DNA from: Pirellulales bacterium
Lineage (GTDB): Bacteria; Planctomycetota; Planctomycetia; Pirellulales; PALSA-1355
NCBI GenBank assembly: GCA_963733035.1
Contig: CAVTBU010000009.1
Span: forward strand, 64,001-128,000
Length of the DNA stretch: 64,000 nucleotides
Reading direction: 5' to 3'
The position numbers were made by a program, and so were the translations under genes. The notes under the pieces were generated by a model, which searched no databases, had not been told where the DNA came from, and worked only from the letters and a program-made list of their open reading frames with translations. Below are positions 1 to 10,029 of this stretch, one piece after another. Position 1 is the first letter of the stretch, and each line of letters begins with the position of its first letter.

Positions 1-495
1 TGTGGTTTGGCGATGCGCGGCGACGTCGGCCGCAAACACGAGTCGACAGTGCAATTGATTGTCGCGACGGAGTTGGTCGTACACCTGGCAAGGTACTTCG
101 CGGACGGCTCCGCTTTTATCGTCTAGGTATGCGACCCTGAGCTCCCGACCAACGTCCGTCAATTGGTCTTCTCGAAACGAGACGGCCAAATCGACTGGCT
201 CGCCCTTTCGCTCGATGCCAATCGTTTCGAATAAGCCAACGAACTTGCAATACTTCCAGCCGCGAGCCCAATCAGCCCAAGGCTTTGGCAACTTGTGGAC
301 GAGAGTAAACGATTCGGCCGACAGTGCCGGCTCGAGAACTCGGCCCTGAGACTGGCGTTCGAATTGCAGCGTCTCCTTCATCGACTCGGTGAACGACATC
401 GCCAAGTCAAACTTTCCCGCCGAGTAGGCTGCCTGCAGTAGGCGCACTTTTTCAGTAATGCTGTCTGAGCGGTCGGTGTATGGAACTTTTTTCAT
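1..495 (-). CDS. Hypothetical protein, 5' part only (runs off left edge)
   Basis: Hand translation from ATG at 495: MKKVPYTDRSDSITEKVRLLQAAYSAGKFDLAMS...EPVDLAVSF...RELRVA...REVPCQVY, open to position 1; absent from the ORF track because it has no stop in the window. Confidence 0.7.
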   Translation of the reverse strand, partial: MKKVPYTDRSDSITEKVRLLQAAYSAGKFDLAMSFTESMKETLQFERQSQGRVLEPALSAESFTLVHKLPKPWADWARGWKYCKFVGLFETIGIERKGEPVDLAVSFREDQLTDVGRELRVAYLDDKSGAVREVPCQVYDQLRRDNQLHCRLVFAADVAAHRQTT

Positions 496-980
496 GATGC
501 CGTGTTTCTTCTGCGGATGCTCGATTCACAAACGTTTCGGACCATCAAGGCAGGCCCAACAGCACCGCAAAGACGCTCGGCAGCTGCAATCAGGGCGGTC
601 ATGATGGCCTCTCTCCTTCATCAGGCGATAGGCACTACGCATCATACTCCAACCTGGTGCGGCAAGCGAAACCCGCTACGCTTGATATGCTGCCCCAATG
701 TACACCACGATGAATCCAGCAATGGATCGATCGATTCGGCGTACTACCGCCAAGTCCCGAATCCGGAGACAGAGCACGTGGAGTTGGTTGGCATTGGCTG
801 CGACTTGGTACCTTCGGGCCGGGGACGGTCCTGTTCCGCGAGACGCATGAACGCGACCATTGCCCGACGCCGACCATGGTTGCGAGGTCAAGCAGGCTTA
901 CCGGGCGGCGCATGCTCAAACGCCTCGAAGGGTTGGAATTGTTTCGCTGATGGAGACTTCGAGTGTAACAACGCACCATT

Positions 981-1124
981 CAGGACTTCAGCAATCGTAA
1001 CTTCGGCAGGGTTGAGGCCCTTGGGCGAAACGGGACGCAGCACAGCCCCGACGGTGTCACTCACATGCATATTTACGCGACGTGGATAGCGGCCGGTCAA
1101 AAGTGCCGCGCGGCTGGGAGTGTG
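981..1124 (-). pseudogene. Arylsulfatase gene remnant
   Basis: Reads HTPSRAALLTGRYPRRVNMH...VLRPVSPKGLNPAEVTIAEVL, matching the sulfatase signature CxPSRAALLTGRY with Cys replaced by His; in-frame TAG three codons upstream; similarity ends after AEVL. Confidence 0.7.
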
Positions 1125-1209
1125 GAGTAGCTAGGCCTGTCATTCTGCCTCCTCGGCGCCGGAGGCCTGTGACCCCAGGGCTGGCGCGGTGCCACGCCAA
1201 CGCACTGCG

Positions 1210-1677
1210 TTACTTGGTCTTTCGCTGGTAGAGACCAACGAGGTGAACCTGACCGAGAATGTGCCCCTGCATCGCATTTTCGACCGCCTTGCGAGAGGCG
1301 CCAAGGGGAAGGTTTAGCGATGGGACATTGAGAGCGAAAAGCTTGAAAAAATAATGATGTTTGCCACGATTTGGCGGTGGGCATGGGCCTCCATAGTGGT
1401 CGTTCCTGAAATCGTTGCGCCCACCCACGCCGATGTCCCTCACCTTAGCCGGCAAGCCCCTCGCATCAGCCGGAATATCAAACAGCACCCAATGGGTAAA
1501 CGTACCGCGTGGCGCGTCTGGATCATCAAGAATCAAGGCAAAGCTGCGAGTCCCCTCCGGCGGATGGCCCCAATTTAGTGCTGGCGACGTGTTTTCGCCA
1601 TCACAAGTCAATGCCGATGGAATCATTTGATCTGGCCCAAAAGACGGACTGGTCAAAGTGAACCGCTGTTCGCTCAT
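1210..1677 (-). CDS. YbhB/YbcL family (PEBP/Raf kinase inhibitor-like) protein
   Basis: DDPDAP..FTHW, YGGPCPP, HHYFFKLFAL motifs; start placed at MSEQRF; the ORF is open further upstream to 1971/2043. Confidence 0.9.
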   Translation of the reverse strand: MSEQRFTLTSPSFGPDQMIPSALTCDGENTSPALNWGHPPEGTRSFALILDDPDAPRGTFTHWVLFDIPADARGLPAKVRDIGVGGRNDFRNDHYGGPCPPPNRGKHHYFFKLFALNVPSLNLPLGASRKAVENAMQGHILGQVHLVGLYQRKTK

Positions 1678-2411
1678 GAGGCTCACCTGCTTGATTTTGA
1701 TGCGGCGATGCGTGCCAACAGAATTGGTGATAGATGGTAAGCCAGCAGCAACTGGACCTGTCGTTGGCGTTGACAAGCCTGTCCACGGTATCGCGCCAAA
1801 AAGTCGTTCTGTGGAATCTCGATGCGTCATCGGCGCTTGAGTCGAATTCCCAACGCCGGTTGGATCAAAGAGCGCCATAACACCAAAAATTCCAACCGCC
1901 AGGAGGGGACAGCGCGAGCGAAACGCCGTCGCCCGCACAAGGAGCGCCAAAAGTCGAATTGGGGATTTCATGGCATCGGTCTCACTTGGCCCCTGTGGAA
2001 AACGTAAAGGTAGTGCACCACTGCTGGAAATCGTAAAGCACAAAATGCGATTCGCAAGCTATGGCTTGGCCACTGGGTACTTAGCCCACTTGACTGTCAG
2101 GACGCATGGAGGCGTCGGGCATCGAGAAATCCTGACGCCCGATCGCCAAGGACCCCTACAAGCGAATTCGCTCAATGCGTGGACAGGCCGCGATGTACTG
2201 CTCAGCACGATGCGGGCGTTCAGGTCGCTCACCAACACGGCCCAAGCATGCTGGCGGCGACAGCATTGATGGCTGCGGTGTCGCTATTGCCGGACCGGCC
2301 AAGAATAAACCTCGAGCAACTCGTGCCTAGGAACTTCATAGACTGCGGTCGTTGTGACCGAAGAATTAAATAGAGCCCGCCGATCACATCCCCTCTTGGT
2401 CTCCCACCGGT

Positions 2412-4088
2412 ATGAACAAGAACGCTTGCAGGCAATGCGACTCAGAGTCATTCGAGTCGGTTGCGCAGGCATCAACACCTCGCGCGCGGTCGCTGTTGTG
2501 CCTCTTGATAGGCAGCTGTGCCTATTTTGGATTCGCGCATCGGGCTGTCGGTCAGGCGCAGCTTGCTGACGAGATTGTGGTCATTTCCAAGGGCCTTCGA
2601 GCGCAGGAGAGCGCTCGCGACAGTACGCATCTGGGGGAGTCGCCAGGGGCAGGTGGCAATCGGTTGCGCGTCGTTCCTGGTGGCGGAGCGCCACTTTTGG
2701 GCCGGCCGGCCGGTGGAACACCCATTGCCAGACACGATGTGCTATCAGCCGCAGCGGCCCCACCCGGCGGCATTTCGGCGCGTCCCGAGCCGGTGATGGC
2801 GCCGCCAGCGAGCCTGATGCCCGCGCAGTTGCCGCAGTATGGTTTCCTGGAACTTCCCACCGAAGAGGAAGAGGGGCCACCAAATGGGCTAACCCTCGAT
2901 ATGGCAATCGACCGCTTGGTGCGCGCCAATTATGACTTGCGCACGAAGTTTCAGGAAATACCCAAGGCCGATGCCGATATTCTGTCGGCCGGTCTGCGTG
3001 GCAATCCACTCGTGTTCGCAAGCGCCAATGACGTTGCCTACGGCGGATATTCACCGCAACGGCCCGGCGACAACAACTATGGAGTGACCGTCATTCAGCC
3101 GTTTGACGTGAACCGCAAGAGAGATATGCGAGTGGTTGTTGCGCAACGGGCAAAACGCGTACTCGAAGCACAGTACCAGGACGCCGTACGCCTCGAGATC
3201 GACAATCTTTACACGGCTTTCGTGGATGTGCTGGCGGCCCGCGAAGCAGTCCGCTACTTGGAGACGAGCGTGCACGGCTTCGACGAGATCATCGAGGTCA
3301 CTAAACACCAACTTGAGGGCAGGCAAATCCCCGTGATGACGTTGGACCGCCTGGCCGTGCAACGCGAGTCGGTCGCCCTGGCGCTAGACGAAGCGAAAAC
3401 CTCACACTCCAAGGCAGCTCAAGTTCTGGCGATGCTGCTGAGCTTGCCCGTGGCCGACGGCAACCGGTTGGTCGTCCGAGGGAAGCTCCTTATGAGTCAC
3501 CAGGAGTTGCCTCCCCTTGATGATCTGATCGGAATTGCCTGGGCCAACCGCCCGGATCTCATGGCATTTCGTCTTGGCGTGCAGCGGGCAAGGGCGGACG
3601 TCGGGCTCGCCGAGAGAGAGGGATTTCCGGATGTTTTCGTACTGTACACCCCGTGGGGTTTGCGGAACAACGCTCCGACGGGCGGTCAAAACGTCACCTC
3701 ATGGGGCCTAGGAGCGATGGCCAGTGTTCCGCTTTTCAATCGTAATCAGGGGAACGTTCGTCGGGCGCGAATTAATGTAGCTCAAACAAGAACCGAACTT
3801 GGAGGCTTGGAACGGCAAGTCGAAACCGAAGTGCGTACGGCATACCGCGACTACGAAACCACGCGGAGCGTCGCTCAGCGGTTGGAAAACAATGTTTTAC
3901 CACGCGCGAAATCTATCCGAGATCAAACCTTCAAGCTTTTCAAGGTTGGTGAAGTGTCGGCTATTGAGTACTTGAATTCCCAGCGCGAGTACAGCGAGAT
4001 CATACGTCAGTATCGGGATGCCCTAATCAAGCAGCGACGCGCCAGTCTGCACCTCAACACTGCCATTGCACTGCGATTGATCCTGTGA
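2412..4088 (+). CDS. TolC/CzcC-family outer membrane efflux protein
   Basis: Two OEP-like repeats (LTLDMAI..ANYDL; NRPDL..A.A...A...PD; VPLFNRNQG), N-terminal hydrophobic segment, Pro-rich linker. Confidence 0.88.
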   Translation: MNKNACRQCDSESFESVAQASTPRARSLLCLLIGSCAYFGFAHRAVGQAQLADEIVVISKGLRAQESARDSTHLGESPGAGGNRLRVVPGGGAPLLGRPAGGTPIARHDVLSAAAAPPGGISARPEPVMAPPASLMPAQLPQYGFLELPTEEEEGPPNGLTLDMAIDRLVRANYDLRTKFQEIPKADADILSAGLRGNPLVFASANDVAYGGYSPQRPGDNNYGVTVIQPFDVNRKRDMRVVVAQRAKRVLEAQYQDAVRLEIDNLYTAFVDVLAAREAVRYLETSVHGFDEIIEVTKHQLEGRQIPVMTLDRLAVQRESVALALDEAKTSHSKAAQVLAMLLSLPVADGNRLVVRGKLLMSHQELPPLDDLIGIAWANRPDLMAFRLGVQRARADVGLAEREGFPDVFVLYTPWGLRNNAPTGGQNVTSWGLGAMASVPLFNRNQGNVRRARINVAQTRTELGGLERQVETEVRTAYRDYETTRSVAQRLENNVLPRAKSIRDQTFKLFKVGEVSAIEYLNSQREYSEIIRQYRDALIKQRRASLHLNTAIALRLIL

Positions 4089-4185
4089 ATCCACGTCGCA
4101 GCGAAGAGACACCGAGGTGCGGTTTGCCAATATCGACCACGGCAATTCGCAGCTCCATGTCCCAGTGACGACATTCACTGCCAAA

Positions 4186-7185
4186 CTAGTTGTTCCGAGT
4201 GCTTTCAACCTTCGGTTCGCTGGATGACACGGGACCCGCTCCCTGAAGATAGCTGAAGAGGTCGCGTAGTTGGCGTGGCGTTAGCTTTTCGAGCAAGCCT
4301 TCCGGCATCAGTGAGTTAGTCGCCGGCTCGATCACTTCGATATCTTCTCGGCTAACGATCGGACGCTCATTCGTGGCATCAATTAGCGTGAGCGCAGAAC
4401 CCGAGTCGTCGGCGATTAACCCGGTCAACACGCGGCCGTCCCGCATCTGAATCGAATAGTTTAGATACTCCTTCCGAATCTGGGCGTTGGGGTCCACCAA
4501 GCTCACTAGCAGAAACGTGCGATCACCGCGATTTGCAGAGGTCAGGTCGGGGCCAACTTCGTTTCCCTCGCCGAAAAGCTTGTGACATTTGCCACAGTGT
4601 TCGCGAAACAATAGTTGTCCAGCTCGTGGATCTCCCACCGCAGCTCGCAAATCATTGTTCAGCCGCCGTACGACGGCCAGTCGCTCCTCCGGTGTCGCGG
4701 CGCGAACTTTACCCCAAATGTGCGTTAGGGACTCATCAAGCTCGGCGTTCTTGTGCGCGGCGATCTGTCGAATCTGTTCGATTGTGACGTCGCCGGGTGG
4801 AATATCGCCCGCTTCGATTGCATCGAGTAACAGGCGAGCCGTGCTATTTCGAGCGGCAAGGATGTCTAATGTTCGCGGCTTGAGGTTCTTTGGCAGCCCC
4901 GAATACTTCGACAACAACCACGGGCCGATCGCCTGATCGTCGCACTTGGCGAGCGCCATCATCGCAGCGAGGCGGATTGGTTCGACTGCGTCGCGAGTTT
5001 CGACTAAACGCTGCAGCAGGCCTACGGACCCCGCACAGACCGTTTCGCCCACCAGACTAATAGCGGCCAGTCGATCATTATTGGACCGGTCCTTGTCGTC
5101 AGCAATCGATGCGGCCTCGAAACGTGCCTCGGCCATACCCAACCGAAGCCCAAGTTCCAAAACCGCTAACGTGTGCGGGCGTTTGTGCCAAATCTTATTC
5201 AGATTGGAAGCTAGCTCGCTTGGCGGTTCGTCGAAGTGCTGACCGCGCAGTCCTAGGTTCATTCCTTGGACTATTACCTGACGATCGTCGCGCGTCGGGG
5301 CAAGTGCCAGGAGCTCGGAGCAGGCGGCGCGTCCGGCAGGCTGGCCGGTCGTTGCCCACCGCTGTGCAATTCGAGCCGCCAGGTGCTCCCGAAACAGCCG
5401 ACGCTGCCAAACATCTCGATTACCAAGCCACGCGAGGATGGACTCATGGTTGGAAGCCTGACGTTCGAGTGCCCACCAAAGTAACAATGGGATCTGTAAG
5501 TCATCGGCGTCGGTATCATGCATCACCAATCGTTCGATGATTCGCAATGCCTGTTCGCCGGGGAGACGCTGCGCGACACCTGCAAGCTGGCTCCGTACGA
5601 CAACGCTCGAATCGCACGCGGCCAGTTTGAGCGATTTATCGAAAAGCGGGCTCGATAGGTGGTCATGACCCGCAGCAATACGCACTGCCCAGACTCGCAG
5701 ATACTCGTCGGCATCCGACATAAGATCAAGAATCTGCCGTTCATCCAGCGCCGCCAGTCCGTGTAGCGTCCAAAGAAACTCCAGGCGATGTTCACTCGCT
5801 GGATCGGCCAGGCAATTGCGCAACATATTCGAGCGCGGCCGCATCGTCACGCTCGATTAGGAGTCGGCGCGCTGTCGCGCGATGCCAGCCACTGGACGAC
5901 GCAAGCTGGCAGACAAGCTCTTCCGTCGTACGCTCGGCCAGATCGAATAGCGGCAAAGCCTTCGCCCCTTCGGCTTGAATGCGATAGATGCGTCCGTTCG
6001 AACGGTCCCACTGCGCGTCGGGGTCTGGGTGGGCGGTGCGCGCATCGTGCCAATCGGCCACGAAGATCGCACCGTCCGGCGCAAGAGCGATGTCGACCGG
6101 CGCAAACCACGTATCATTCGCTTCGAGCACCTCGCCGCCGTGCGCGCTCGGAATGTTGATCCATGTGGCGAAAGCTGGTGCCAATACACGGCGTGTGAGA
6201 GCAGATTTGCGGCCAGGTACTGATTGCGAAAGCGCGGGGGAAACGAGTCGCCCTGATAGACGATGCCGCCACAGGTAACATGGCCGCCACGAAAATCCGC
6301 GTAGGGAATGTGTTCGAGGTAGCCGAACGCGTAAGGGTTGTGCAATTCGCCATGCTTGCCAAAGCTCTTCCAGTAGTAACCGCCCTGCACCTGGTGCAAC
6401 AGGGCGTATCCACCAACGTTTGTGCCGGCAAACAGGTTACCGTGTTGGTCAAAGTCGAGACCCCACGTATTGCCGCCTCCTTCGGCGAACAGTTCGAAGG
6501 CACCCGTGTGCGGTTGATATCGCCAAATACCTTGTTGAAAGCCTATGCCGCGAATGTTCGCCGTGACGGTACTTCCCTGCGCACCGTAAAGCCAACCATC
6601 GGGACCCCAAGCGAGTGAATTTGCCACCGCGTGGGCGTCTTGCATCCCAAAGCCACTGAGCAATACTTCCGGATCGCTGTCAGGCACGTCGTCGCGATTG
6701 CGATCCGGATAAAATAGCAGGTATGGCGCCTGCAGGACGTACAGCCCGCCATTGCCGTGCAGCATACCGCTTGCCAAATTGAGACCACCCACAAAATCCT
6801 TCGCCCGATCGGCGCGCCCGTCTCCGTTGTCATCTTCGAGAATGGTGATGCGATCCGCGCCGTGCGGCCCGTGCGGCGGAGCCTTGGGGACGCGGTCGTA
6901 CTCGGTCCGCGAATAACGATCAACCGACACTCGCTTGAGCCCTGCTGGATTTGGGTACTGTAGATACTGGATCACCCAGAGGCGTCCTCGTTCGTCGAAC
7001 GTCATCGCAACCGGCTGGCGGACGAGAGGCTCGGCCGCGAAGAGCTGGACTGAGAGACCATCGGCCACCGTCATCTGCGCGGCAGCTTTCGCCGCCGAGT
7101 AGCCTTGGGCGGCAATTTCCCGCGAACAAGTACACAAGAGCAACGCCGACAGGGCGGCGCGGCGGGTACGACAGAGTCCGGTCAT
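4186..7185 (-). CDS. PVC-type haem-binding CxxCH protein (membrane-bound dehydrogenase propeller + HEAT-like repeats + cytochrome c); two compensating frameshifts near 6148 and 5828
   Basis: FAAEPLVRQPVAMTFDERGRLWV, GPDGWLY, FAPVDIALAPDGAIFVADWHD, CGKCH, VGPDLT, SLMPEGL found across three ORFs; ATGA overlap with the upstream gene. Confidence 0.88.
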
Positions 7186-8219
7186 GCGTCTTTCGAGCGG
7201 GGCATGGTGCATTGTAGGGACTCGGCGATCGACGACAGCGTCACCAGGCGAGCCTGACCGCGTGAGTCGTCGACGAGTCGGCAAATCCGGTCGACGGCTT
7301 GAAAACTGGGATCAGTCACAACGAGACATGAAGGATGTGCCAGAAAGTCATAGACCATGCGATTCTCGATCGCCCATCGAACCGAACATTCGATCGCGGT
7401 CAGAAAGTCGTTCAGCTTCCAACGGGCGGAACGCAAAGCGGTCACGTCACTAATCGGGCTCATGGGAATTTCGACGAGTCCGGAAGGATAGATAGACGGC
7501 TGTGCGGCCGCCTGCGCGGCGACAATCCCGTTCAAGATCGCTTCGTTGACCGTTTCGCCGGGCTTAGTATTCGGATGTGCCGGATACTTGCTGCTGACCC
7601 ATGTATAACCCTGGTCCAGGAGCATTTGCTGAACGTCAGGTCGGTCGGCGAGACCATCCTGAAAGCCGCCTGGCGTGCGAAAGCCTGCTACCTTGATACA
7701 AGCTCGCTCGGACAGAGCGAGTTGCGAAAGACGAATGTTCTCGGCGATAACTTCTGCCGGTTCGCGGTCGCCGACGAGCCATGGGGAGCGCCGAAAGCGG
7801 AACTGGATATCATCCGGCCGCAAAGCCTTTACGTTGACGTGATCGTACGTGTGATTGCCGATCGGGTGGCCCTCGGAAGCGATTTCGCGCAGCCAGTCGA
7901 CATTGGCTTGCTCCATCGTGCGGCCAAGGGCAAAGAAATGAATCCGTCCGCCGTGCCGCTTGACTCGTCGGGCACATTCCACCGCATAGCGCTTGGTTGC
8001 TTCGTCGAGATTCCCTTTTTCGTAGTCCCAATGCATGTCGTCCCATTTGGGATAGTGCCGTGACATTTCCAGGTCGAGCGTGATGGCAATCCGCGCGACC
8101 GCTTTGTCGTTGGCGACGGACCGTCGCGCCTCCGTGGTGGCGGCTGCGATGGCCCCCGCGCCGGCAAGAAATTTGCGTCGCGAAATTCGCCACGGAGATG
8201 AGGAGGGCACGAAGCTCAT
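7182..8219 (-). CDS. Tat-exported polysaccharide deacetylase (CE4/NodB-like)
   Basis: SRRKFLA twin-arginine signal; ITLDLE, NHTYDH, FRTPGG, AHP motifs. Confidence 0.85.
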   Translation of the reverse strand: MSFVPSSSPWRISRRKFLAGAGAIAAATTEARRSVANDKAVARIAITLDLEMSRHYPKWDDMHWDYEKGNLDEATKRYAVECARRVKRHGGRIHFFALGRTMEQANVDWLREIASEGHPIGNHTYDHVNVKALRPDDIQFRFRRSPWLVGDREPAEVIAENIRLSQLALSERACIKVAGFRTPGGFQDGLADRPDVQQMLLDQGYTWVSSKYPAHPNTKPGETVNEAILNGIVAAQAAAQPSIYPSGLVEIPMSPISDVTALRSARWKLNDFLTAIECSVRWAIENRMVYDFLAHPSCLVVTDPSFQAVDRICRLVDDSRGQARLVTLSSIAESLQCTMPRSKDA

Positions 8220-8232
8220 GGGTTGCGAAAAT

Positions 8233-9306
8233 CTATCGACCAAGGGGCTGAATCCAGGAACGCTGCGTGATCAGCTGCGTAAGCGCGGCCTTGCACAAGG
8301 CCGTTTGCGTGGCAAAACGTGGCGTATTGCAGGCGGGAAACGTGGCGATTGTTGCGTCGCCGACCAGAAACACGTTGAAATCTTGCGACAGGTTTTCGTA
8401 TCCTGCCGTGGTCGAGCAAACGCACATGTCGGTATTGTACCCGCACAGTAGGACGTGACGGATTTCGTGGTTCGCCAGAAAGTCGCGCAAGAGCGGGTAT
8501 CCTTCAGCGTCGTAGAATACGACGTCGGAGGGAGCGACCTCGAGTGCCGAGGCAACCGGAATGGGGAGTTGCCAAAACCCATCGCCGTTGTATTTGGCGC
8601 TAGAGTCAAGGCCCGGAAACTTGCGCAAATAATCGCGGGCCGGGTGCGCCGCGTCGATGGAAAACGAAGCATCGAGCGGGCTAGCTTGGTATCTAAACGC
8701 TGCCAGCTTTCGTTTGAGTTCTCGCGTCCCCTCGTGGCGTTCGATGTCCGAGGGCATCGAGCGGACGGAGCGATACAATTTTTTGCGAATCGAGTCCTCC
8801 GCGTTTGGCAGACTATATCCAACAATGCCGAGTCTGTTTCGAAGTGTCTGTACGAACGGATTGACGACATTGGCCACATGGCGATTGTAAACCCGATTCT
8901 TCTCGGGTGTGCAGCACAGCGCCACTCCGGCTGGTTCCGGAGACTTCCAGCCGTTGGCATCGTCAATGCCCCACGGATGCACGACGATGATGGCCGTATG
9001 CCTGGCCTGTATGCGGTTCGGCATCTCGACAATGCCGCGGGCGTTGTAGGAGAAACGCCAGGCCCTAACCGCTAAATCGGCATTGGGTTCATCGACGATC
9101 GGCGGCGCTTCAAACCGGTTGGTTTCGCTGAGCGGTTCGACGAACTCCGGCTGATCGGCCAACAGCGGCTGCGGATCGTGTATGGGCGTCAATCGATTGT
9201 GATACTCGACAAGCGATTCTGGCCGCTCGGCACGGCTTTCAGGCGACAAATACCCAAGCGTCGCAGGAACTCCGCACAGCAGGAGGAACAAAAGATGGAT
9301 GCGCAT
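8233..9306 (-). CDS. Secreted isochorismatase-family cysteine hydrolase
   Basis: Signal peptide MRIHLLFLLLC after GGAG RBS; TAIIVVHPW, HVLLCGYNTDMCV, FLVGDAT motifs. Confidence 0.78.
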   Translation of the reverse strand: MRIHLLFLLLCGVPATLGYLSPESRAERPESLVEYHNRLTPIHDPQPLLADQPEFVEPLSETNRFEAPPIVDEPNADLAVRAWRFSYNARGIVEMPNRIQARHTAIIVVHPWGIDDANGWKSPEPAGVALCCTPEKNRVYNRHVANVVNPFVQTLRNRLGIVGYSLPNAEDSIRKKLYRSVRSMPSDIERHEGTRELKRKLAAFRYQASPLDASFSIDAAHPARDYLRKFPGLDSSAKYNGDGFWQLPIPVASALEVAPSDVVFYDAEGYPLLRDFLANHEIRHVLLCGYNTDMCVCSTTAGYENLSQDFNVFLVGDATIATFPACNTPRFATQTALCKAALTQLITQRSWIQPLGR

Positions 9307-9460
9307 CGGCGGCTCCCTCGAGAACTGGAACACGTTGCTCCGCGTCTCCTAGGGTACCGCCGACAGCCACGTAATGCACGTGGTTTCCCAGCCGACGCTG
9401 GCGACCGGCATATGAGCCCCGCGGTCGAACGCAATCCGCCAGCTGCCGATGGCAAACTGA

Positions 9461-9871
9461 TCAGCTGCCTCGTCCTCGAGAGCCACCACTGCCTCCACTT
9501 CCACCACGACCACCGCCGCCCCCTCCACGACCACCGCCGCCCCCTCCACGGCCACCGCCGCTGGAGCTGCCGCTGCCCGAGCTGCTGGCGCTGCCTGAAC
9601 TTCCACTACCTGCCGAGCTGCTACCTCCCGAACTTCCACTGCCAGAGCTGCTGCTGGCGCTACTGCTCGAGCCGGAACTGCTCGCCGAACTGTTCGAGCC
9701 GCCGAGCTGGTCGGCGGTGTTTTGAAGCGACGTGGCCACAGCGCTACCGACGCTGTTAACAGCACCGATGCCGGCCAGCAGGCCAAGCGAAATTAAGACC
9801 GCATACTCAACGGCCGTGGGTCCGTCTTCAGACTTAAAAAAGCGCCTGCAGTATCGATAAACTCGCAGCAT
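9461..9871 (-). CDS. flp: Flp-family type IVb pilin with Ser/Gly/Arg-rich C-terminal extension
   Basis: RFFKSEDG/PTAVEYAVLISL Flp motif followed by a hydrophobic helix; GAGG RBS; about 80 aa low-complexity tail. Confidence 0.88.
   Translation of the reverse strand: MLRVYRYCRRFFKSEDGPTAVEYAVLISLGLLAGIGAVNSVGSAVATSLQNTADQLGGSNSSASSSGSSSSASSSSGSGSSGGSSSAGSGSSGSASSSGSGSSSGGGRGGGGGGRGGGGGGRGGSGGSGGSRGRGS
9504..9560. repeat. 21-bp tandem repeat encoding GRGGGGG
   Basis: CCACGACCACCGCCGCCCCCT at 9504 and 9525, partial third copy at 9546. Confidence 0.85.
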
Positions 9872-10029
9872 TACTACCTCACAATGCCCAAACGTGTGTC
9901 AGCGCGGGACATAGTAAAGTTAGTGCGAAATGTTCGCTTGCCAGGCTAAAATTGGGAACTATGGCGAGCTAAAAACCGGGCCCCACTTGCATAAAGCGCA
10001 AAACCATCCGTACCGTAACAAAACGACGA

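Noticed and set aside
1678..2043. N-terminal extension of the YbhB ORF
   Set aside because: Family domain begins at MSEQRF; the extension cannot be supported, though a signal-bearing start at 1971 is not excluded
9349..9786. Ala/Val-rich 145-aa ORF and His-rich opposite-strand ORF
   Set aside because: Alternative-frame shadows of the pilin low-complexity tail
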